DNA from: an uncultured Candidatus Saccharibacteria bacterium | Lineage (GTDB): Bacteria > Patescibacteriota > Minisyncoccia > Phycocordibacterales > 01-FULL-45-15b | DNA length: 47,890 nucleotides | Assembly (NCBI GenBank): GCA_964373765.1 | Contig: CAYJVZ010000002.1 | Span: 1-47,890 of the forward strand | Reading direction: 5' to 3' | Shown: positions 19,048-26,193 of the stretch, piece after piece | How the letters are laid out: each line of letters starts with the position of its first letter | How positions within the stretch are numbered: the stretch's first letter is position 1 | Program-made: the position numbers and the translations under genes | The notes under the pieces: model-generated | The model's database searches: none | Seen by the model: only the letters and a program-made list of their open reading frames with translations | What the model was told of the DNA's origin: nothing

Positions 19048-19305
19048 TTATTTTGGTGTCGCCTCCTTTTTTTCCTCAATGCCTAATTGCTTGGCTTTTG
19101 CCTCGGCTCTTTTTTTATTCTTTTCAATTACCGAGACCATATCAATGACCGTTTTGCCTCGATACTTTCCGCATGTGCCACAGACATGGTGCCTCCTGTG
19201 CGCCGAGCCGCAATCTTTGCACAGCGACATTCGCACATCACTAAGCGCGTGGTGGCTTCGCCTGTTCGCTGTATGAGATTTTGTGTGACGCATTCTTACT
19301 ACCAT
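19048..19305 (-). CDS. rpmF: 50S ribosomal protein L32
   Basis: MVVRMRHTKSHTANRRSHHAL... with CKDC...CGTC zinc ribbon. Start at ATG 19303-19305. The ORF-track extension to 19425 runs into the non-coding repeat. Confidence 0.9.
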   Translation of the reverse strand: MVVRMRHTKSHTANRRSHHALSDVRMSLCKDCGSAHRRHHVCGTCGKYRGKTVIDMVSVIEKNKKRAEAKAKQLGIEEKKEATPK

Positions 19306-19311
19306 GGCTAA

Positions 19312-19340
19312 AATATACACTTCATGGCTAAATAATGCAA
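19312..19340 (-). promoter_or_regulatory. candidate rpmF promoter with leaderless geometry
   Basis: Minus strand reads TTGCAT (19335-19340)-17nt-TATATT (19312-19317)-ttagcc-ATG. Only 6 nt lie between the -10 and the start codon, and there is no SD. Confidence 0.45.
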
Positions 19341-19345
19341 ATATA

Positions 19346-19668
19346 TGCATCCGTCCAGCACATCTGAGACCTTTTTCTTGTAATTGTTTGCAAATATGCC
19401 TCAAAGGCGAAATTAAACCAAGCAATCAGTGAGAAACGCCCTGCGTCAACCTGCCACGTTGACGCACTTACGAGGAACGACTTGCGTCAACGTGGCAGGT
19501 TGACGCACTTACGTCTCGTCAAAGTTGAACCTCAACATTTGGTCAGACACATCGAACGCTCACGGTCGTGTTAGTTCGATGTGTGCGAAGTAACATTGTT
19601 CCAAATTTACAGACTGCCCCTTGTAAAAAAACAAAATAAAACCGCGACCATATTTCAGATCGCGGGAA
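19346..19668. repeat. long direct repeat R, copy 1 (non-coding, hairpin-dense)
   Basis: 19351-19630 reads identical to 21551-21830 (280 bp, offset 2,200). Homology continues at roughly 80% to about 19668/21868. No ORF is shared between copies. Confidence 0.9.
19631..19668 (-). terminator. Rho-independent terminator after ORF C (outer part of R copy 1)
   Basis: Minus strand: CCGCGA..TCGCGG stem followed by TTTTATTTTGTTTTTTT. Confidence 0.6.
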
Positions 19669-19782
19669 ATTTTTGTGTGTGTTCATGCCTTGCGGCAGTA
19701 CTTGCTTCTGTTGCCAAGCCTCACAATAGCTCCGTTTGCCCGCTTTCGCGTCAAACTGTTTGCGTCGGTCAGCGTCACCCCT

Positions 19783-20223
19783 TCAAGAATACTTCCGGAG
19801 AATGTCTTCTTGAATTGGATGGACTTTTTCAGCCCATTCGCCCTGGTACTTCGTCATCTCGCGCCATCCAGTCTCCGATAATATCGGCTGGCCAGTATCT
19901 TTCGCGATTTGCTTGGGTACCCGGACTCCAGTAAAAGCGTGCTGTACCACCCGCCACATCCGGTCAACTTCCTTTTGGGAGAGTCGACCGATTTTGCTCG
20001 GGGTGGACTGACTCGCCACATCGTTGGAAATATTACGAACATTCCAACATTGCGTGATCAGTTTTTTGCCTTTACCAGTTTGCGACCGGAACTCCGTCGT
20101 CAGACGCGGCTCGCTGTCCGCGACAATGGGCACGACGCAAGGTCCTTCGGGCCACATCATCGCATAGACGAACTGCACGCCACGGAATTCACGGATCTGA
20201 CCTCTGCGGAGGGAAGTTTTCAT
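19783..20223 (-). CDS. hypothetical protein (ORF C), N-terminal about 100 aa weakly PemK/MazF-like by eye
   Basis: 146-aa ORF in the GC-rich insert. RRGQI..., CVVPIVADSEP..., ...IGRLSQKEVDRMWRVVQHAFTG resemble the MazF strand order (RGD[IV], VxPxT, GxLsxeemxxixxal). Not verified by any search. Confidence 0.55.
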   Translation of the reverse strand: MKTSLRRGQIREFRGVQFVYAMMWPEGPCVVPIVADSEPRLTTEFRSQTGKGKKLITQCWNVRNISNDVASQSTPSKIGRLSQKEVDRMWRVVQHAFTGVRVPKQIAKDTGQPILSETGWREMTKYQGEWAEKVHPIQEDILRKYS

Positions 20224-20280
20224 AACAGTGATGCGGAACTGGTGCTCATCGGCGCACCTAAATAAAGCCGTTTGATTTAA

Positions 20281-20352
20281 AAGAACTGTAGACTCTATGG
20301 ATTCATAACTTCAGTTACGAACCCAATAAAGCGGAGAAATTTAATTTCTCCA
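20281..20352 (-). repeat. intra-island conserved non-coding module M2 (upstream of ORF C)
   Basis: Minus strand: hairpin GGAGAAAT-taa-ATTTCTCC, then GCTTTATTGGG, about 17 nt, then TGAATCCATAGAGTCTACAGTTCTTT. Paralogous to M1. Confidence 0.65.
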
Positions 20353-20433
20353 GCAGTTTCCACTTGCCAAGCGCCAAGGAGCTACCCCTCGGAATTACGT
20401 GCACATTTCGTAGTACAATCACGCAACCGCGAT

Positions 20434-20721
20434 TCAGTTTTGGTCGAAGAGCGGTTCCCACCACACCTGACAACCATAAACCACTTCGCCGTTGTCGAGA
20501 ACAATCTTTGGATTGCCATCGATCTTTTCCAACGTGCCGCCGATTTTCGCAACTTCCTCGTCGGTCGGGCGCGTTTCTGCCAGCTTATTGCTGACTAACG
20601 CACCTCGCGGATGATTGATGACGTAGACAGTCACATCCCCAACATATTGACCGAGGACGGTACCGTTTTCAGTTGCGACTTTCGCTCTGCACGGAATCGG
20701 AATTTGAGATTTAGTATTCAT
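20434..20721 (-). CDS. hypothetical protein (ORF B, 95 aa from ATG 20721)
   Basis: ORF track gives 20434..20763. The first 14 codons lie inside conserved module M1, so I prefer the ATG at 20719-20721. No recognisable family. Confidence 0.45.
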   Translation of the reverse strand: MNTKSQIPIPCRAKVATENGTVLGQYVGDVTVYVINHPRGALVSNKLAETRPTDEEVAKIGGTLEKIDGNPKIVLDNGEVVYGCQVWWEPLFDQN

Positions 20722-20724
20722 AAC

Positions 20725-20805
20725 AAAGAACTGAACTGTTGACTCTGTGGATTCACGACACAACGTTCATGTCCCCAATAAAATGGAGAAATTAGGTTCC
20801 TCCGC
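20725..20805 (-). repeat. intra-island conserved non-coding module M1 (upstream of ORF B)
   Basis: Minus strand: hairpin GGAGGAA-cctaa-TTTCTCC (one G-T pair), ATTTTATTGGGG, about 19 nt, TGAATCCACAGAGTCAACAGTTCAGTTCTTT. Confidence 0.65.
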
Positions 20806-20898
20806 TTCCCGCACTGCATGCGAGGCTCACGCTTCTTTTGAAGGTGACAACAATAGATGCTTCTGTGATGAAGGTGGCATCATCCTTCAGTACCGAGT

Positions 20899-21441
20899 TC
20901 ACTTTGGCACAAGCGCGATAGCATGCTTCCGGCCCGCAAAATTTTTCACCGGTTCAACCTTATGGTTGATGATGAAAAATTTCAGACCTCTCTCCACCAT
21001 GAAATCGACTACTGATTGACTAGGTACAGCAGCAATGAAATGCTCCCGACCACCAGTAAGAATAGTGCCGCCTAATCGGAAAGTGTTCTCATACGAGTAG
21101 ACTTTTCCATTTAGCTGACAGAACTCTTGACCAGGAATCCAATCGTATGTCTCTTTGAGGTGTAAAAGTCTGGCTGCAAGAACCTCCTGTCGAAGTGTTT
21201 CGGTTTGCTGGGTTGTTTTTTCCGTAAGAACGGAACGATGTAACCCTGCTCGACCGATTAGCGCGTATGCCTGGCTCTTTTTCAAACCAGTAAGCGCCAT
21301 CACTCCACAGACTCCATGCTTTCGGTATGTGCGTTCGACTGTGCCATCTTTGATCAAATGATCCCAAATGGCGGAAGATCGGTCACCGGCGTCAAAAGTG
21401 CTTCTTTTAACGACCAGCGTTCTTTCTCGTCTAAAGGGCAC
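20899..21441 (-). CDS. hypothetical HTH-containing protein (ORF A)
   Basis: Segment MALTGLKKSQAYALIGRAGL looks like an AlpA/excisionase/MerR-type HTH. The C-terminal about 100 aa are unknown. Start uncertain: GTG 21441 follows AAGGAAG, whereas the ORF-track GTG at 21471 sits inside a conserved hairpin. Confidence 0.5.
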   Translation of the reverse strand: MPFRRERTLVVKRSTFDAGDRSSAIWDHLIKDGTVERTYRKHGVCGVMALTGLKKSQAYALIGRAGLHRSVLTEKTTQQTETLRQEVLAARLLHLKETYDWIPGQEFCQLNGKVYSYENTFRLGGTILTGGREHFIAAVPSQSVVDFMVERGLKFFIINHKVEPVKNFAGRKHAIALVPK

Positions 21442-21506
21442 TAGCTTCCTTGTTCTGGTGTTCAATGGCACACCTATTTAAAGCCATTTTCAAAGTATCT
21501 GTGAAA

Positions 21507-21535
21507 ATCCTAGCATTTATATACTATTCTGTCAA
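21507..21535 (-). promoter_or_regulatory. candidate promoter of the A-B-C operon
   Basis: Minus strand: TTGACA (21530-21535)-17nt-TAGGAT (21507-21512). It lies 15 nt downstream of the R copy 2 boundary. Confidence 0.5.
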
Positions 21536-21545
21536 GCCCAGCGTA

Positions 21546-21868
21546 ATGCACCGTCCAGCACATCTGAGACCTTTTTCTTGTAATTGTTTGCAAATATGCC
21601 TCAAAGGCGAAATTAAACCAAGCAATCAGTGAGAAACGCCCTGCGTCAACCTGCCACGTTGACGCACTTACGAGGAACGACTTGCGTCAACGTGGCAGGT
21701 TGACGCACTTACGTCTCGTCAAAGTTGAACCTCAACATTTGGTCAGACACATCGAACGCTCACGGTCGTGTTAGTTCGATGTGTGCGAAGTAACATTGTT
21801 CCAAATTTACAGACTGCCCCTTGTAAAAAAGAAAAAAGAAAACCGCGATCATATTTCAGATCGCAGAG
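21546..21868. repeat. long direct repeat R, copy 2
   Basis: See copy 1. 21551-21830 is identical to 19351-19630. Confidence 0.9.
21831..21868 (-). terminator. Rho-independent terminator after ORF D (outer part of R copy 2)
   Basis: Minus strand: GCGATC..GATCGC stem followed by GGTTTTCTTTTTTCTTTTTT. The stem register is shifted relative to copy 1, but a hairpin is retained. Confidence 0.6.
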
Positions 21869-21885
21869 TATAACGTGTCACTTAC

Positions 21886-22185
21886 CTACTTTGGCATGCC
21901 GCACATTCTACACTTGCCAGAGTATAGCTCCACATAAGCAGCACCGTTTTGAAACGGAAGAGATTCTCTGGTTTTGGAATCCTTAGGAATCAAGACATTT
22001 AGACTTATCTCCACACCGCCCGAGTCGAGGAAGCCAGCACAAAACAATAGCATGGACCGGTGATTTTCAAATGGGTCGTACGCTTCAATAGCTTGATCAA
22101 CGTATCCATCCTTCCGCGGCACTAATTTGACCACCTTATCAGCAATGTTCACAACTAATCTAATCTCTCCTATTTTTGAAGTCAT
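21886..22185 (-). CDS. hypothetical protein (ORF D, 99 aa, C-terminal CRMC)
   Basis: ORF with about 45% GC, followed by a terminator and R copy 2. No recognisable family. Confidence 0.45.
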   Translation of the reverse strand: MTSKIGEIRLVVNIADKVVKLVPRKDGYVDQAIEAYDPFENHRSMLLFCAGFLDSGGVEISLNVLIPKDSKTRESLPFQNGAAYVELYSGKCRMCGMPK

Positions 22186-22241
22186 TTTTCTTTACTTTGG
22201 TTGATTGTTCGTACTTTCTGTTAAGGTACTTAGCCTTTATA

Positions 22242-22270
22242 TTATTATTATATAAATATTATTACGTCAA
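22242..22270 (-). promoter_or_regulatory. candidate promoter of ORF D
   Basis: Minus strand: TTGACG (22265-22270)-17nt-TAATAA (22242-22247), in a very AT-rich spacer after rnhB. Confidence 0.4.
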
Positions 22271-22327
22271 ACATTTCTGCGGTACATTCAACATTAAAGT
22301 GCAACACTTTAGGATGATCTGCAACTT

Positions 22328-22930
22328 CTATTTTGAAGTCAGGTGGTCGGTAAATGACTTTCTATGCAAAACGGATATTCCGTATTTTTTTATGGACTGA
22401 ATATGCATTTTCGTGCCATAGCCTTTATTATATTCCAAATGATATTTTGAGTGCTTCTTGCTGTAATTGACCATTACTCTATCTCGCTCAACTTTTGCCA
22501 CAACTGACGCCGCGGAGATAATTTTTATCTTTTGATCGCCTCTAATAATCGTTTTTTGCTCTAAAAATTTAGGTGGAGCTCTTAACGACCCGTCAAGAAG
22601 GATCTTTGAGGAAGTCGGGTCAGCCCTGATTGAGGTCAGAATCCTATCTATAAGCTTGAAAATAATTTTTTGAATTCCCTCTTTATCAATGGATTTGGGC
22701 TCTGCTTTTTTGATACATATATAAATTAGCTTATCTTTCTCCATATTCCGCAATACTTCATACCAATAGAGCCGCTTTGCCGCGCTTAGCAATTTCGAAT
22801 CCCTTATGCCGCTTAATTTTCTGTTAAGAAGGCGGGTATTTGTGCTGTCAGTATATACCGCGCCGACCATGACAGGCCCGGCTAAAGGACCTCTGCCAAC
22901 CTCATCTATTCCAACAATATATTTCGCCAT
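22328..22930 (-). CDS. rnhB: ribonuclease HII
   Basis: GIDEVGRGPLAGPV active-site motif. 200 aa. Confidence 0.9.
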   Translation of the reverse strand: MAKYIVGIDEVGRGPLAGPVMVGAVYTDSTNTRLLNRKLSGIRDSKLLSAAKRLYWYEVLRNMEKDKLIYICIKKAEPKSIDKEGIQKIIFKLIDRILTSIRADPTSSKILLDGSLRAPPKFLEQKTIIRGDQKIKIISAASVVAKVERDRVMVNYSKKHSKYHLEYNKGYGTKMHIQSIKKYGISVLHRKSFTDHLTSK

Positions 22931-22987
22931 TTTTTTTTTGAATTAACATACTCTGCAATATTGGGCGCTATGTATTATAATTCCTCT

Positions 22988-25900
22988 ATGAAATCTAAAT
23001 TTGTGCATTTACACACTCATAGTCATTATAGCCTTCTTTCCGCACTGCCAAAAATAAAAGATTTGGTCAATTGCGCTCAAAAAATGGGCATGGAGGCTTT
23101 GGCTTTAACAGATAACACTAATCTCTACGGCGCCATTGAATTCTACAAAGAGTGTAAAAAGAAAAATATAAAGCCTCTAATCGGCATTGACGCTTATTTG
23201 GCCGTAAGAAAAAGAACCGATAAGCAAGCCGGCATTGATAATAAGCGGAACCGATTGGTTCTAATCGCAAAAAATATAGAAGGCTACAAAAATTTAATTC
23301 AGCTTGTAACTCTTGCTCATCTTGAGGGTTTTTACTATAAGCCAAGAATAGACGACGACTTGCTTTCAAGATTCGGACAAAATTTAATCGCTATTGTTCC
23401 AAGCTTTTCCAGCGCCACGACAAACGGCATTAAAAGGGGCGCCATGGATGACTCAATAAAACAAATAGAAAAGTATAAGAATTTTTTTGAAAAGGACAAT
23501 GTCTATTTAGAAGTTAATCATCACCCAGAGATAGAGGGCCACACCAGTCTGATAGAAAATATTTTTAAACTGTCAGCAAAAACTAGCACACCCACGGTTG
23601 CCACCCATGATGTCTATTATATTGATCCAGAGGATAGAGAAGCGCGAAATACTTTAGTCTCAATTCAAACGAATGCGGATTATAGCGAAATCAGAGATTG
23701 GAATAGCGACGAGGAGGATTTTTCTTTCAGGAGCGGCGAAGAAATTGAACGATTTTTTAAGGATCATAAAGAGTCCGTGGCCGCCACTTTTGAAATTGCA
23801 GATAAGTGCGATTTGGATTTGAGTCTGGGCAAGTGGGTATTTCCGAATTATGTCGTTCGAAGCGGACGATCATACGATCAGGAATTGAAATACCTAGTCC
23901 ATGAAGGATTAAAAAAAAGAGCTTTGAAGGAAACTCCGGAAATAAGAGAAAGGATTGAGCATGAGCTATCGGTCATTTTTAGCAAAGGTTATTCGCCTTA
24001 TTTTCTGGTAGTTTACGATTTGCTTAAATACGCGCATGAAAACGATATATTGACTACTATCAGAGGCTCGGTGGCGGGTTCTATGGTTACTTATTTAGCA
24101 GGCATCACCAACGTAAATCCAATTGAATATAAATTGCCATTTGAACGCTTCCTCAATCCCGACAGGCCGTCCGCGCCGGATATTGATATGGACTTCGCGG
24201 ATAATCGCAGAGAGGAAATGATTGATTATGCTAAAAGAAAATATGGCGCTGATAAAGTGGCGCAGATCGGAACTTTTGGAACTATGATGGCGCGCGGAGC
24301 GGTAAGAGATGTGGCAAGGGCCATGGGTTATGAATACTCAATCGGAGATCGGATCGCCAAAATTATACCGTTCGGCCAACAAGGTTTTCCCATGACTATT
24401 GATAGAGCTTTGGAAATAGTTCCAGAATTTAAGGCGGCTTATAAAAGGGACGCGGACACCAAAAAAATAATTGCTATGGCGAAAAAAATCGAGGGTTGCG
24501 CTCGACACATTTCCGTTCACGCGGCCGGAGTTGTTATTTCACCTACCTCGCTAGTTGATTATGTGCCTTTGCAATTTGATCCTAAGGGCGAGGGAAAAGT
24601 CATAACTCAATACGATATGTATGCCATAGAAGAAGCGGGGTTGTTGAAGTTTGATTTTCTTGGCATTAGAAATCTTTCTATTTTATCCGGCGCGGTTGAT
24701 CTCGTTAAAGCCCTATACAATGCGGATGTGGATATTGAAAAAATCCGCCTCGATGACGAAAAAACTTTTAAATTGCTCGCCTCGGGACAAACGGCGGGAT
24801 TATTTCAATTAAACGGCACCGGTATGACGAACTATTTAAAACAGCTAAAACCGACAAGTATTTTTGACATTAACGCCATGGTTGCGCTTTATCGCCCGGG
24901 ACCAATTGATTTGATACCTACTTATATAGAGCGCAAGCACAATAATAAACTGGTTTGGTATCTTGATCCTAGAATGAAAGATATTCTTGATCAATCCTAC
25001 GGAGTAATCACATATCAAGATGACGTCCTTTTGATAGCGATTAAACTTGGCGGTTTTTCATGGCTTGAAGCCGATAAGCTTAGAAAAGCCATGGGCAAAA
25101 AAATTCCGGAGGAAATGGAGGCGCAAAGAGAGAAGCTTATAAGCGGCTTCATATCAAATGGCATGAGTAAGGAAATAGCTGAAAAACTTTGGAGGCTGAT
25201 TGAGCCTTTTGCGGCGTATGGTTTTAACAAAGCTCACGCCGCAAGTTACGGACGAGTGGCCTATCAGACCGCTTACATGAAAGCGAACTTCCCTACGGCA
25301 TACATGTGCAGCGTTCTCTCGGCTGAATCAGGCGATGTTGAGAAAATAGCGGAAATTATTTCTGAATGCAAAAGAATGAACATACCGGTATTGCCTCCCG
25401 ATATAAATGAAAGTTCCGCGACCTTTACGGTTATAAGAGAAAATAATCCCCCAGAGAAAGTCGGCGGCGAGAAAATCAGATTCGGTCTGACTACAATAAA
25501 GAATTTCGGAGAGGGTATCTCTAACGTAATTATCGACGAAAGAAAAAATGGGAAGTTCGCTTCTTTGGCGGATTTTTTGTCTAGGATTAAGGATCGCAAT
25601 TTAAATCGGAAATCCCTTGAGGCCTTGATCAAGTGCGGCGCTCTGGATCAGTTTTCGGAAAGGGGAAAAATGCTGTCAAATATAGATTTACTGCTGTCAT
25701 TCAACAAACAAAAAAAGTCAGACGCCCCTGACGCTCAAAATTCCTTGTTTGCCGATTTTGCCGGTTCGCTGCCTGCATTAAATTTGGCGGAAGGAAGCCA
25801 GGCAAGTTTTGACGACAAACTTATGTGGGAGCGAGAACTCCTGGGATTATATGTATCCGGCCATCCACTTGAGAAATTTAAAAAATCTCTTTTGAAAGTG

Positions 25901-26188
25901 GATATAACCATTAATGATGCGAGACAGCACATGAAGGAAGGCATGGTAACCGCTGTTTTGGGAATCATAGAAGAGTTAAGAGATATATTAACCAAGAGAG
26001 AGGAGAGAATGATGTTTATGAAGATTGCCGATCTTACGGGTTCAATTGAAGTAGTTGTGTTTCCGAAAATCTACAATCAATATAAAACTTTGCTTGAATT
26101 AAATAAATGCGTCGCGGTCAGAGGACGAATATCCCACAGGAACGGATCTATCAGTCTTGTGGCCGAGAAATTTAAAAGTCTAGCTTAG
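22988..26188 (+). CDS. dnaE: DNA polymerase III alpha subunit
   Basis: PHP domain FVHLHTHSHYSLL. Palm PDIDMDF. C-terminal OB fold. Start ambiguous (TTG 22961, ATG 22970 or ATG 22988); ATG 22988 gives the usual MKSKFVHLH N-terminus. Confidence 0.93.
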   Translation: MKSKFVHLHTHSHYSLLSALPKIKDLVNCAQKMGMEALALTDNTNLYGAIEFYKECKKKNIKPLIGIDAYLAVRKRTDKQAGIDNKRNRLVLIAKNIEGYKNLIQLVTLAHLEGFYYKPRIDDDLLSRFGQNLIAIVPSFSSATTNGIKRGAMDDSIKQIEKYKNFFEKDNVYLEVNHHPEIEGHTSLIENIFKLSAKTSTPTVATHDVYYIDPEDREARNTLVSIQTNADYSEIRDWNSDEEDFSFRSGEEIERFFKDHKESVAATFEIADKCDLDLSLGKWVFPNYVVRSGRSYDQELKYLVHEGLKKRALKETPEIRERIEHELSVIFSKGYSPYFLVVYDLLKYAHENDILTTIRGSVAGSMVTYLAGITNVNPIEYKLPFERFLNPDRPSAPDIDMDFADNRREEMIDYAKRKYGADKVAQIGTFGTMMARGAVRDVARAMGYEYSIGDRIAKIIPFGQQGFPMTIDRALEIVPEFKAAYKRDADTKKIIAMAKKIEGCARHISVHAAGVVISPTSLVDYVPLQFDPKGEGKVITQYDMYAIEEAGLLKFDFLGIRNLSILSGAVDLVKALYNADVDIEKIRLDDEKTFKLLASGQTAGLFQLNGTGMTNYLKQLKPTSIFDINAMVALYRPGPIDLIPTYIERKHNNKLVWYLDPRMKDILDQSYGVITYQDDVLLIAIKLGGFSWLEADKLRKAMGKKIPEEMEAQREKLISGFISNGMSKEIAEKLWRLIEPFAAYGFNKAHAASYGRVAYQTAYMKANFPTAYMCSVLSAESGDVEKIAEIISECKRMNIPVLPPDINESSATFTVIRENNPPEKVGGEKIRFGLTTIKNFGEGISNVIIDERKNGKFASLADFLSRIKDRNLNRKSLEALIKCGALDQFSERGKMLSNIDLLLSFNKQKKSDAPDAQNSLFADFAGSLPALNLAEGSQASFDDKLMWERELLGLYVSGHPLEKFKKSLLKVDITINDARQHMKEGMVTAVLGIIEELRDILTKREERMMFMKIADLTGSIEVVVFPKIYNQYKTLLELNKCVAVRGRISHRNGSISLVAEKFKSLA

Positions 26189-26193
26189 ATTAC

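Noticed and set aside
19439-19512. Integron attC sites (CALIN-like cassette array)
   Set aside because: The architecture of ORF followed by an imperfect palindrome is suggestive, and the arms contain ..CAAC/GTTG... However, the arms do not fit the RYYYAAC / GTTRRRY cores well, R is far longer than attC sites, the cassettes carry their own promoters, and no IntI is present. I keep this only as a remote analogy.
19581-19934. ORFs starting inside R (19581..19934 + and 21768..21986 +) and the 125-aa extension of rpmF (to 19425)
   Set aside because: The two R copies are read in different frames and continue into unrelated antisense sequence. The L32 homology begins at ATG 19305. These ORFs are most likely spurious.
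19346-21868. CRISPR array, retron or DGR as an explanation for the R repeats
   Set aside because: There are only two copies, each about 320 bp and 2.2 kb apart, which does not fit a short repeat-spacer array. No cas genes, reverse transcriptase or template/variable repeat pair exist in the window.
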